A stretch of 64,000 nt of DNA from Flavobacteriales bacterium. Lineage in GTDB: Bacteria > Bacteroidota > Bacteroidia > M30B66. The stretch spans positions 29,627 to 93,626 of the forward strand of contig JBBAKX010000003.1 of assembly GCA_040403315.1 (NCBI GenBank), in the 5' to 3' direction. Numbering within the stretch: the first letter of the stretch is position 1; each line of letters opens with the position of its first letter. Below the pieces are notes generated by a model, which was not told where the DNA came from, did no database searches, and saw only the letters and a program-made list of their open reading frames with translations. The translations under genes were made by a program, and so were the position numbers. Shown in pieces: positions 9,852 to 19,015 of the stretch.

Positions 9852-11063
9852 ATGATTCCATTTTCACCGCCACATATCAGTCAGGAAGTAATTGATGAAG
9901 TAGTTGCAGCCCTGAAATCTGGCTGGATTACCACCGGGCCAAGAACCAAGGAATTAGAAAAACGACTAAGTGCTTATTGCGGAGTTCAATCAACATTGTG
10001 TTTAAATTCTGCTACAGCGGGATTAGAAATTATGTTGCGTTGGTATGGTGTTGGGCCGGGCGATGAAGTAATTTTGCCAGCTTACACGTATTCAGCAACT
10101 GCCAATGTTGTTGAGCATTGTGGAGCCAAAGTGGTTTTTGCGGATGTGAAATTGGACGATTTCAATATCAATCCGGATTGTATCAAGCATTTGATCAATT
10201 CGAAGACGAAGGTTGTTATGCCAGTAGATTTTGCGGGCTTGCCATGTGATTTTGATGCAATTAACCGTTTGGTGGCTTCGCCGGATGTGAAAGCGTTGTT
10301 CAAACCCAATCATCCGAATCAAGAAAAGTTAGGTAGGATTTTGGTGCTTTCGGATGCCGCACATTCTATAGGGGCTTTTTACCAAGGGAAGCATACCGGT
10401 GCGCTAACAGATGTATCGGTATTTTCGTTTCATGCCGTAAAGAATCTCACTACAGCCGAAGGCGGCGCTGTAGCATTGAATTTGCCTGAACCATTCGACA
10501 ATACAGAGATTTACAAAGCGCTGTGCATTTCAACCTTGCATGGCCAGAACAAAGATGCCTTAGCAAAAATGCAAAAGGGCAACTGGAAATACGATGTTAT
10601 CGAGCCAGGTTATAAGTGCAACATGACCGATATCATGGCTGCGATCGGTTTAGTAGAGTTAGATCGTTATGATCGAGAGGTTTTGCCTCGTAGAAAATTG
10701 ATCATGCACAAATACCATGAAGCATTTAAAGGGTATGATTGGGCAGAACTTCCTCCAACAGAATCAGACGAAAAAACGAGTTCATACCATCTGTATCCTT
10801 TGCGCATCAAAGGAATAGATGAGCCAACCCGCGACAGAATCATGCAAGCAATTTTCGATCAAGATGTGAGTGTGAATGTGCATTTCATTCCAGTTCCGAT
10901 GATGAGCTATTACAAATCGAAAGGATATGACATTCGAAATTATCCAATAACGTACTACAATTTTAGCAGGGAGATTAGTTTGCCTGTATACGAAGATTTG
11001 AACGACGAATTGGTTGATGAAGTAATTCGTGCTGTAGTAAAGGCAGTGGAATCGAATATTTGA
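9852..11063 (+). CDS. DegT/DnrJ/EryC1/StrS-family PLP-dependent sugar aminotransferase
   Basis: N-terminal MIPFSPPHISQEVIDEVVAALKSGWITTGP matches the family start. SFHAVKNLTTAEGG contains the PLP-binding lysine. Length 403 aa. Confidence 0.85.
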   Translation: MIPFSPPHISQEVIDEVVAALKSGWITTGPRTKELEKRLSAYCGVQSTLCLNSATAGLEIMLRWYGVGPGDEVILPAYTYSATANVVEHCGAKVVFADVKLDDFNINPDCIKHLINSKTKVVMPVDFAGLPCDFDAINRLVASPDVKALFKPNHPNQEKLGRILVLSDAAHSIGAFYQGKHTGALTDVSVFSFHAVKNLTTAEGGAVALNLPEPFDNTEIYKALCISTLHGQNKDALAKMQKGNWKYDVIEPGYKCNMTDIMAAIGLVELDRYDREVLPRRKLIMHKYHEAFKGYDWAELPPTESDEKTSSYHLYPLRIKGIDEPTRDRIMQAIFDQDVSVNVHFIPVPMMSYYKSKGYDIRNYPITYYNFSREISLPVYEDLNDELVDEVIRAVVKAVESNI

Positions 11064-11083
11064 GTTGATTTATGAAAAAGCAA

Positions 11084-11120
11084 AAGGGGAACAAGCTTTA
11101 ACACTTATTCCCCTTTTTTC
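11084..11120 (+). terminator. Rho-independent terminator after the DegT-family gene
   Basis: Stem AAGGGGA...TCCCCTT with an 18-nt loop, followed by TTTTTC. Confidence 0.5.
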
Positions 11121-11898
11121 TAGGTATTCAAATCGTAATTTGAAACCCTTGAGCTGCTTTTCCACAAGTCTTTTCACTTAATCTGCATGCCAAATAAATC
11201 AGTCCGAATTACTTTAGAACAATTGCCATCTCAGACATTTGTTTTGTATTTCTTCATCATGGTTCAAGTTTCGAATCAAATAGCATTGTCAGGATTCGTA
11301 AGCCAAAGTATCTCAACTTCTGCTCCGTTTAAACTGCGGCTCTTTCGATCTATACATTAACCATCTGCGATTTATCAGGATTTCTTGGTGTTCATAGGAT
11401 GTGATCTTTTGAACAGAAATCGATAAAGTTCCTTAACAGAACCACGTGCAGGTGTTCATTACTGAACTAAAGTTTAAAGAACTGTGCAACGCATTTCTTT
11501 ATCAAAGATGGAAATTATCTAATAGTATCGCTAAAAATCGATATCATTCTTATACACATGATATTCACTTAGTTATAAACTATCTAATTTGGCGCTAAGC
11601 CTTGTTATTGCTACAGACTTTCTTATTTGTTTGCAGGTTATAAACCGCTGTTGATAAGTGTAATAGTGAATAACTGGATGTTTTTTCTGCGATAAAGTAG
11701 ACTCCAAACGGCATTATTTACAAGAATTGGATGCGAAAGGATGATTTTAAGGAGTAGAATAATCAAATGGAGCAGTTTCGGCTTAACGGGTGAGGCAAAT
11801 ACCTTGTATGGCCGAACACGTGACCCCGGCTTTTTTTGACGGGGGAAGCCTATCCAATTTTTTAAATTGAATTTGGTTGTTCTGTGCAATTGTAAAAA

Positions 11899-11906
11899 TA
11901 TATTTG
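11899..11906 (+). promoter_or_regulatory. Candidate -7 element TATATTTG (TAnnTTTG) with upstream TTG, for ybaB
   Basis: TATATTTG sits 22 nt upstream of the ybaB ATG. TTG motifs about 20 nt further upstream fit the Bacteroidota -33/-7 architecture. Confidence 0.4.
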
Positions 11907-11928
11907 CATAAGAATTTAATTTCGGAAT

Positions 11929-12228
11929 ATGTTTGGTAAAATGATGGAAATGAAGCAGAAAATGGAAGAGATGAAGCAACGTCTCGATCAAATTTCTGTA
12001 ACTGGAAATTCGCCAGGTAGCGATATTGTTGTGCAAATGAATGGCAATAAAAAGCTTGTTGGCATTACTGTTTCGCCAGAATTGGCATCGCGTGGAGATG
12101 CTGAAGAAATTGCCGACTTGATGTTAATTGCATTTCAACGGGCAATGGAGCAGGCTGAAAGTGTAAATGAGTCGGAAATGCGCGCCGCTGCTGGAAATTT
12201 ACTTCCTGGGTTGGGTGGAATGTTCTAA
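11929..12228 (+). CDS. ybaB: YbaB/EbfC family nucleoid-associated DNA-binding protein
   Basis: 99 aa. MFGKMMEMKQKMEEMKQRL...VTG.SG.G.V...NG......I...L......E.LEDL...A...A parallels E. coli YbaB along its length. Ends LPGLGGMF, like the YbaB PGF(K)MPF tail. Confidence 0.8.
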   Translation: MFGKMMEMKQKMEEMKQRLDQISVTGNSPGSDIVVQMNGNKKLVGITVSPELASRGDAEEIADLMLIAFQRAMEQAESVNESEMRAAAGNLLPGLGGMF

Positions 12229-13524
12229 TTTATTCAGCAATTCTGCCAATACTCCCGATTGATGCTCGCGCGAAAATTGATCAGTGAAATTTCGATCTGG
12301 AATTTGACTGTCCGATTGACCGTTTAAATACCGCGCAAAGTGCTGTTTTAACTGGTCAAATGCCTCATCAACAGTGTTTGCAATACTGCCTAAATTATAA
12401 GGTTTAAATGTTTGGTCGAGAATATCATCATCGCCCGGACAAATCATAACTGGTTTTCCTAAACCCAAATATTCATAGATTTTACTTGACGGAATTCCTT
12501 TGGCTCCTTTGTGTGAGACCATCAATAAAATATGTGCTTTTGCTTGAATTTCGAGTACTTCGTTTCGTGAAATTCTCGGAGTCATAATGAGCATATCCTC
12601 ATATCCTTTCATATGATTCTTTACTCTTTCGGCTACTTCAACGAGAAATAAAATCCCAGGAAATCTCAGTTTAATGTGGCTTCTATGTTCTGGAAATGTA
12701 TCGGCTAATTTTTTAAATGCATCTAAAATTACTTCTATCGTTTGCGATTGATACAACATTCCATTGTAAACCACTGTGAACTCCTCGTATAACGGTAGAT
12801 TGAGATAGTTTTTATAATCTTCAGGAAAAAAACCATTCAACAAAACCTTTCCGTCAACTCCATTAAAATCGGCAATTTTATTTGTGTAAACTTCCGAAAC
12901 ACTTGTAATACAAAATGCTGTGGAAATGTACTTTTTCTCGCTTCGTATTTCAAGCTTTTTCAGTAATCCCTCTAATGGTCCTCTAGAGTATGTAACTGTT
13001 GATGTATTCCAATCGTCGCGATAATCAGCAATCCATGAAATTTGGTGTTTTTTATTTAATAAATAACCAAATCTGAATATTTCGAAAGGATTTCCAGTAA
13101 CAATAAGTGATTTAATTTCTGTGTGATTGCTTAAATATTGATCTGCGAAATGGTAAATATTCGAAAATGGAATAAATGATACTTTAAAATGAAGTCCGAA
13201 TAATTCTATAAATGACAAGGCTTTTCGCAAATATTTGAAACGCGTCTTACCATATTTTGTGTAAAGTCTATCGCGCAAATTTCCTTTGTAAGGCAAATAA
13301 TATACTGCATGCGTATCGAATTGTTCATGCACTATTTCTTTTCCAGACGGATGATGTATGTCTTCTGGTTTATTGATTTGGCGATCCCAATTTCTTGTAA
13401 TAATAATTGGATAGTAGCCAAATTTATTGAGGTATTTAGCCCAACCAAGACTTCTTTGTGATGCGGTGAGATTGCAAGGGGTAAAGAAGTAGCTTAGAAC
13501 TAAAACTTTTTTCAATTCTTCCAT
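12199..13524 (-). CDS. Glycosyltransferase family 4 (GT-B)
   Basis: N-terminus KKVLVLSYFFTPCNLTASQRSLGWAKYL matches the GT4 N-terminal domain signature (YFxP...). C-terminal GT1-like region GLGKPVMICPGDDD. The 3-prime end overlaps ybaB convergently by 30 nt. Confidence 0.6.
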   Translation of the reverse strand: MEELKKVLVLSYFFTPCNLTASQRSLGWAKYLNKFGYYPIIITRNWDRQINKPEDIHHPSGKEIVHEQFDTHAVYYLPYKGNLRDRLYTKYGKTRFKYLRKALSFIELFGLHFKVSFIPFSNIYHFADQYLSNHTEIKSLIVTGNPFEIFRFGYLLNKKHQISWIADYRDDWNTSTVTYSRGPLEGLLKKLEIRSEKKYISTAFCITSVSEVYTNKIADFNGVDGKVLLNGFFPEDYKNYLNLPLYEEFTVVYNGMLYQSQTIEVILDAFKKLADTFPEHRSHIKLRFPGILFLVEVAERVKNHMKGYEDMLIMTPRISRNEVLEIQAKAHILLMVSHKGAKGIPSSKIYEYLGLGKPVMICPGDDDILDQTFKPYNLGSIANTVDEAFDQLKQHFARYLNGQSDSQIPDRNFTDQFSREHQSGVLAELLNKLEHSTQPRK

Positions 13525-13525
13525 A

Positions 13526-14590
13526 TCATTGAAATAGTCTGATAAAATTATCAGAATTCGATTCTACAGAGTAGTGATCAATGATTTTTTTTCTGGTTTG
13601 TTTTGACATTTCCCTGAGCGCTTCCCTATTTTGAAGCACTGTTTCTATTGCCTTTTCCCATTGTTCAGGAGTTTCACAAATAAATCCATTCAATCCATGG
13701 TCAACAATGCGCGAATTTACTCCTACAGGCGAAACCAGAGCAGGAATCCCCAACGACATATATTGCAAGGCTTTAAAGCCACATTTTCCATTTGCCCATT
13801 TGTCGTTCACCAAAGGCATTATGCCAATATTGAAGCCCAAAAGATCTTCAATTTCGGTTTCCTTTTTCCACTTTACATATTCGAGACTTTCAAGTTCAAA
13901 TTCTGGTTTCAAATCTGAAATCACGCGAAAGGTAAAAGTGTATTTTTTCTCGAGAGCCGCAAGCACTTGAATAATTTCTCCGATGTAACGAATGGTTGAG
14001 TGTGAGCCAGTCCAGCCAATTACAAATTCATCGCCCGATTGATCTTTCACTCGGTTGTGGTAATTGTTGGTATCGATTGTTGTTGGATTGTAAACAACGT
14101 TGGAGTTGAATTTCCTTGCATAATCGCACAGAAATTCGTTTCCACAAGATACTTTCCAAGCGTACGTGCAGATTTTGTGCACATTTCCATACCCTTTCAA
14201 AAACGAGAAAAAGCTATTTGCTTCCGAATAATTGGGAATCCAAATTGCATCATCGAAGTCGTACACGATTTTTTTCTTCAGCCAACGAGAAGCAAAATAC
14301 TCGAAAAATGAGGGGCCGATGGGCGTTGCTTCCCGATGAATAAAGATGTAATCGTATTGCTTTAGCTTGAAAAGCAAGAAAAATCGCTTGATTAATCCAC
14401 CTAGAATGCCAGCTGCTTTTTTAGGAAATCTACCCGGAAGATAAAGTATGTCCCAAATCTCATTGCTGAGAAATGGTCTAATATCGTATGCTATACCCTT
14501 TTCGTTGAGCAAATTATAGTATTGCTCAAAACGAAAACGCTGACTAGGCGCTTTGTCGGTAGGATATGGAACAATAAAAAGTATCTTCAT
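13526..14590 (-). CDS. Glycosyltransferase family 1/4
   Basis: MKILFIVPYPTDKAPSQRFRFEQY start and a C-terminal GT1 motif region (FKALQYMSLGIPALVSPVGVNSRIVDHGLNGFIC). Only 1 nt from the downstream GT on the same strand. Confidence 0.7.
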   Translation of the reverse strand: MKILFIVPYPTDKAPSQRFRFEQYYNLLNEKGIAYDIRPFLSNEIWDILYLPGRFPKKAAGILGGLIKRFFLLFKLKQYDYIFIHREATPIGPSFFEYFASRWLKKKIVYDFDDAIWIPNYSEANSFFSFLKGYGNVHKICTYAWKVSCGNEFLCDYARKFNSNVVYNPTTIDTNNYHNRVKDQSGDEFVIGWTGSHSTIRYIGEIIQVLAALEKKYTFTFRVISDLKPEFELESLEYVKWKKETEIEDLLGFNIGIMPLVNDKWANGKCGFKALQYMSLGIPALVSPVGVNSRIVDHGLNGFICETPEQWEKAIETVLQNREALREMSKQTRKKIIDHYSVESNSDNFIRLFQ

Positions 14591-14737
14591 GCAAGTCGGT
14601 GAGCCGAACTGCGAAACTAAGAAAATCGATCAATGTGGATAGATTTATTGGCGGATTTCTGATAACAATTTTCAGCTTTTTCTAAGTTTTTCTTTTCGGC
14701 TGTTTCCAAATCATTACTGCATAAATGAAGGATTTAA

Positions 14738-15748
14738 TTAGATGATATTCACTTCCCTTTCGAGTGTAACGCCAAATTTATTTTGAACATCTTGTAGGAT
14801 GTCTTCAGACAATTGCCAGATTTCTTTTCCTGTAGCTTCTCCATAATTCACTAAAACCAATGCTTGCCTTGTGTGAACACCAGCATCGTTTCGGCGAAAT
14901 CCTTTCCAACCGGCCTTTTCAATCAACCAACCTGCTGCCAATTTCACAGCCGAATCGCCTGCAGGATAAAACACCAATTCGGGGTATTTTTCTTGAATAG
15001 TATCAGCCGTACCGGTTGACACTACCGGATTTTTGAAAAAGCTGCCCGCGTTTCCTAACTGGTTTGGGTCGGGCAATTTAGAACTTCTAATGGCTATTAC
15101 AGCGCGACTTATATCTTGAATAGTTGGATTAGTAATTGAAGCCATTTCAAGTTCCTTTTGAATGTCTCCGTAGCCAGTTTTTACCTTATGGTTTCGCTTA
15201 GTTAACCGAAATGAAACGGAAACAATAATGTATTGGTCTTTCAATTTCCGCTTAAATACACTTTCTCTGTAACCAAATGAACAAGAAAGATTGTCGAATT
15301 CTACCATTTCACCATCGGAAATTCGAATGGCTTGCAAACTTTCGAAGACATCTTTGATTTCAACGCCGTAAGCACCAATATTTTGCATCGGACTAGCGCC
15401 TACTTTTCCAGGTATAAGTGATAAATTTTCCAATCCGCCCCAATTGTTTCTCAAACAATGTATAACGAATTGATGCCAATTTTCTCCAGCTCCAGATCTA
15501 ACGATAACTTGGTCTTCATCTTCGTTAAGCAATTCGATGCCTTTGATTTCATTTTTCCAAAGCCAACCACTAGGATTTTGTGTAAAAAGTAGATTTGATC
15601 CACCGCCTAAAATCAATGATGGTAGGTTTGTTGTTTTTTCCATCAATGCTGGCAATTCTTCTGCAGATTGAAAAACAGCTAGATCACCAATTGCGTCGAT
15701 GCCGAATGTGTTGTGCGATTTTAGGCTTGCTGCCTTTTGGATATTCAT
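14738..15748 (-). CDS. murB: UDP-N-acetylenolpyruvoylglucosamine reductase (MurB)
   Basis: Collinear with E. coli MurB: SHNTFGID, ILGGGSNLLF, SGAGENWH, GLENLSLIPGKVGASPMQNIGAYGVEI, GNAGSFFKNPVV, VKLAAGWLIEKAGWKG, RQALVLVN. Confidence 0.9.
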   Translation of the reverse strand: MNIQKAASLKSHNTFGIDAIGDLAVFQSAEELPALMEKTTNLPSLILGGGSNLLFTQNPSGWLWKNEIKGIELLNEDEDQVIVRSGAGENWHQFVIHCLRNNWGGLENLSLIPGKVGASPMQNIGAYGVEIKDVFESLQAIRISDGEMVEFDNLSCSFGYRESVFKRKLKDQYIIVSVSFRLTKRNHKVKTGYGDIQKELEMASITNPTIQDISRAVIAIRSSKLPDPNQLGNAGSFFKNPVVSTGTADTIQEKYPELVFYPAGDSAVKLAAGWLIEKAGWKGFRRNDAGVHTRQALVLVNYGEATGKEIWQLSEDILQDVQNKFGVTLEREVNII

Positions 15749-15811
15749 ACTTGCGAAGCTAAGAAGAAGCTCGCCGCGGTTAGGTCGAAAAGTATAGAAT
15801 TTTCAACAAGA

Positions 15812-16354
15812 TCAATTAACAGTTTCTTTAGAAGAAGTTGCTAATAAAAGAGGCTTTTTTCTAATCAAAATGCTTAATACTATACTCAAACTGAGACAAA
15901 CCGCTAGGGCAAAAACGAAAGCTGAAGCGAGGTAAGAAACTGTCTCATAGCTTTTTCTAATTGCGTCTTCGCGTAGCATTAACGTATTGGCATCAATTTG
16001 TGAATCGCGAATTATTTTCAACTCGTTTTCCTGCTTAAACAGCAAAAAGGTTGGGTTTACTGCACCAATGTATAGCCAAACAAACAACGGGCTTATTAAA
16101 GAAACGGCAGCCGTAACAATTGAGCTAGAACGCAAGCTTTCGATAAATGTAATAGAACCTTGCTGCAGTTTGTCGCGCTTGTGTTTTAAGTTGAAATAGA
16201 TGCCTGTGAGAGGAACCAGGATGATTAACCAAAAAAACAATGGCTGCAACCCGAGATATTTGCCATGCAGCCCAAGTAGGTTCTCTAGTAATAACCAAAG
16301 AAATCCGCTAAAGGCAATCAAAATCCCGTTCCTAACTTCTAAAGATATTTGCAT
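15812..16354 (-). CDS. Small polytopic membrane protein (DUF4199-like)
   Basis: 180 aa with 4 predicted TM helices. Size and topology resemble Bacteroidota DUF4199 proteins. No catalytic motif recognised. Confidence 0.4.
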   Translation of the reverse strand: MQISLEVRNGILIAFSGFLWLLLENLLGLHGKYLGLQPLFFWLIILVPLTGIYFNLKHKRDKLQQGSITFIESLRSSSIVTAAVSLISPLFVWLYIGAVNPTFLLFKQENELKIIRDSQIDANTLMLREDAIRKSYETVSYLASAFVFALAVCLSLSIVLSILIRKKPLLLATSSKETVN

Positions 16355-16521
16355 AACTGAGTTGGGTTAAATGTAGGAAGGTTTGCTGTAAAACCATACT
16401 ATTGGTTTTCTCCTTTCGCAGTTATTCATATTCTGGGCTGGTGCAACATATTGATAATGATTGTTATAGGTTTTTTGGTTAGCTCTATGTAATTTATCTA
16501 AACTCCTCTTACCTTCGTCGG

Positions 16522-17634
16522 ATGCAGGTAATTGTAACTGTAAGCAACGATTTGTTCACCGATCAAAGGGTGCAGAAGGTTTGTAGCAGCATTATTCATC
16601 GTGGTCATTCGGTTATGCTTGTTGGCAGAGAGCTCCCGGAGAGCTTACCGCTTAATTTACCATACACCTCAAAACGATTCAAATTGTGGTTCAATTCGGG
16701 TCCACTTTTTTATATCAATTTGAATCTGAGACTCATGTTTTTTTTGTTGTTCAAAAGGTGCGATGCCATCCATTCGAACGATCTTGATACCTTATTGCCA
16801 TCATGGATTGTTGCAGGACTTCGTCGCAAAATGCTTGTGTACGATACCCATGAGTATTTCACGGGTGTACCTGAATTGCAAAAACGCCCCTTGGTTCGAC
16901 GCATTTGGGAATCCATTGAAGGACTAATTTTTCCAAAGCTAAAGCGTGTGATCACTGTAAACGATTCAATTGCTGAATTGTATCGAAAACGCTACGGAAG
17001 CGAGGCAATACAGGTGATGCGCAACATTCCTAACGCACAAGTAAATATTGAAACTAAGCAAGATTTTTCATCGGTTTTCCCTCCGGGGAAGTTTAGGATC
17101 ATCCTGCAAGGCAATGGCATCAACGTGGATAGAGGAGGGGAGGAGGCCGTTGAAATGATGAAAGATATTGATCGTGCGGTGCTCATCATTGCAGGAAATG
17201 GCGATGTTATTCAACAATTGAAAGACAATGTTATTGCAGCAAAGTTGGATGATCGGGTTATTTTTATTCCTCGAATGTCGTATTGTGAGCTGCTTGGCTT
17301 GACCCAGCTGTGTGATTTGGGCTTAACTTTAGACAAAGACACGAATATTAATTATCGTTTTAGTTTACCCAACAAATTGTTCGATTATTTACGCGCAGGA
17401 ATTCCTGTCTTGGCATCAGACTTACATGAAGTTCGAAAGATTGTTGAAACATATAAAACAGGCTGGATAGTAAAGGATGTTAATCCTAAGTTGTTAGCCG
17501 ATCATATAAATCTCCTGATTGATCAACCTGATGTTTACTTGCAAGTAAAATCAAATCTCTTAGAAGCATCAAATCAATTGTCTTGGGAGCAAGAATGCAA
17601 AGTTTTAGATAAATGGTATGGTAACGTAAAGTGA
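16522..17634 (+). CDS. Glycosyltransferase family 1/4
   Basis: C-terminal GT1 signature NKLFDYLRAGIPVLASDLHEVRKIVETYKTGWIV. Rossmann-like N-terminal domain. Divergently arranged with the murB-side operon. Confidence 0.6.
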   Translation: MQVIVTVSNDLFTDQRVQKVCSSIIHRGHSVMLVGRELPESLPLNLPYTSKRFKLWFNSGPLFYINLNLRLMFFLLFKRCDAIHSNDLDTLLPSWIVAGLRRKMLVYDTHEYFTGVPELQKRPLVRRIWESIEGLIFPKLKRVITVNDSIAELYRKRYGSEAIQVMRNIPNAQVNIETKQDFSSVFPPGKFRIILQGNGINVDRGGEEAVEMMKDIDRAVLIIAGNGDVIQQLKDNVIAAKLDDRVIFIPRMSYCELLGLTQLCDLGLTLDKDTNINYRFSLPNKLFDYLRAGIPVLASDLHEVRKIVETYKTGWIVKDVNPKLLADHINLLIDQPDVYLQVKSNLLEASNQLSWEQECKVLDKWYGNVK

Positions 17635-17822
17635 TACTTTCGGCCATAAAATATTATTCAGGATTATTTAATTATAATCGAAAAATATAGATTTTGGGTA
17701 TTCATTTAAAGGTGTTTTTACGGTACTGATTTGAATGATCCTGGCTATTTATAAATCAAATTTTGCTAATTATTTCGATCATTCAAATGCAATTCTATTT
17801 ATATTAATTTTGCCTAAAATAA

Positions 17823-18374
17823 TTGATCAAGACAATCATGAATAAATTAATTTCTACTTCGCTTATTTCGGCTTCGTTGTCTTTTTTGTTTCTTTCCTTC
17901 CAAACACCAACCGAATGGTTTAAAGGAGGGAATGCTGCAAAAAGCTATCAAATGGAAATTGATAAAACGAGTAAGGATGGATTAGCGATTTATAATCTAA
18001 AATCTATCGATTCGTTGATTACTGGCTTTGGATCGGTTATGAATTATATAGACCCTAAGCCCTTTCTTGGTAAGCGCGTTCGGATGACAGGTATGCTGAA
18101 AACCTTAGATATAAAGGAATGGTCAGGATTTTGGCTGCGAATTGATGAAAAGGATTCCAGATTACCCCTCGGCTTCGATAATATGCATGATGGTAGAACC
18201 GATCGATCCATTAAAGGAACTAACGATTGGAAGCGTTATGAAATCATTTTGGATGTACCTAAAGAATCTTATAAAATGGCTTATGGTGCTTTGATTTTTG
18301 GCGTTGGACAAATTTGGTTCAAGGATATCCAATTCGAAATTGTTGAAAAATCTATCAAAATTACTGGTCGTTAA
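17823..18374 (+). CDS. Hypothetical secreted protein (signal peptide, no recognised domain)
   Basis: N-terminal hydrophobic signal LISTSLISASLSFLFLSF. Beta-rich predicted mature region. Flanked by AT-rich non-coding DNA. Confidence 0.4.
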   Translation: MIKTIMNKLISTSLISASLSFLFLSFQTPTEWFKGGNAAKSYQMEIDKTSKDGLAIYNLKSIDSLITGFGSVMNYIDPKPFLGKRVRMTGMLKTLDIKEWSGFWLRIDEKDSRLPLGFDNMHDGRTDRSIKGTNDWKRYEIILDVPKESYKMAYGALIFGVGQIWFKDIQFEIVEKSIKITGR

Positions 18375-18886
18375 TGCATTTTTTTATATTCTTTAATTAT
18401 CATATCTTTAATTAATCATATTTAATTTGTGTAGTATTGATTCCGATTTCATCTGTCTAAATAAGATTATAGAATTTTCGAATTGGTTATGCTATAAATC
18501 ATACTAACGAGTGTGAATAATGTAAGTCAAATTTGATTTTATGTAATGCCGAATTCAAGACATTGTCTCTACTTTGTAATCCAAAAATAAACAATCCGAT
18601 TAGAGTTTTATTTAATAATATTTTCATTTAATTGAGTTTACTTGAGAATGTTCAATTCTGTTTTATTGCGTATTTATTTAAATTCAATATTTTTTCAGAA
18701 AAACAAACCATTTTCCATTAAAACCAGAGTTGTCTATCTCCTTATTTTTAAGCCTAATAAAATAGTTTGTTTTAATTTTAAGTTAAAGTAATAAACTGCT
18801 TGATGAGTAAATCATAATTAAAATTATTTTATAATTGGTCTATCGGATTATCCAAATTATTTTTAATCTAATTAATACAATCCACT

Positions 18887-19003
18887 ATGTCAAAAGAAAA
18901 ACAAGGCTCCAAGAAGTCCGATAAAACAACTGCTTCTAAAACTCCAAAAGAAAAGAAAACGCTTAAGGCATTAAAGAAAATTAGTAAAAATAACCAAGAG
19001 TAA
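18887..19003 (+). CDS. Candidate small ORF: 38-aa Lys/Ser/Thr-rich basic peptide
   Basis: ATG at 18887 to TAA at 19001-19003 gives MSKEKQGSKKSDKTTASKTPKEKKTLKALKKISKNNQE. Below the 60-aa ORF-track cutoff. Lies 12 nt upstream of the GH130-like gene in a 640-nt AT-rich spacer. Could be chance in AT-rich DNA. Confidence 0.25.
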   Translation: MSKEKQGSKKSDKTTASKTPKEKKTLKALKKISKNNQE

Positions 19004-19015
19004 ATAATTATTATT

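Noticed and set aside
11760-11850. Possible SRP (4.5S) RNA or other known ncRNA near ybaB
   Set aside because: I could not find the conserved SRP domain-IV sequence (GGAA tetraloop with AGCA asymmetric loop) or any other diagnostic ncRNA motif. Only a generic GC hairpin is visible, reported as an open question rather than a feature.
11638-12036. 132-aa minus-strand ORF spanning the ybaB promoter and start
   Set aside because: Leu/His-rich low-complexity translation with no signal or motif. It overlaps a well-supported ybaB gene and its TAnnTTTG promoter, so it is most likely a chance ORF in AT-rich DNA.
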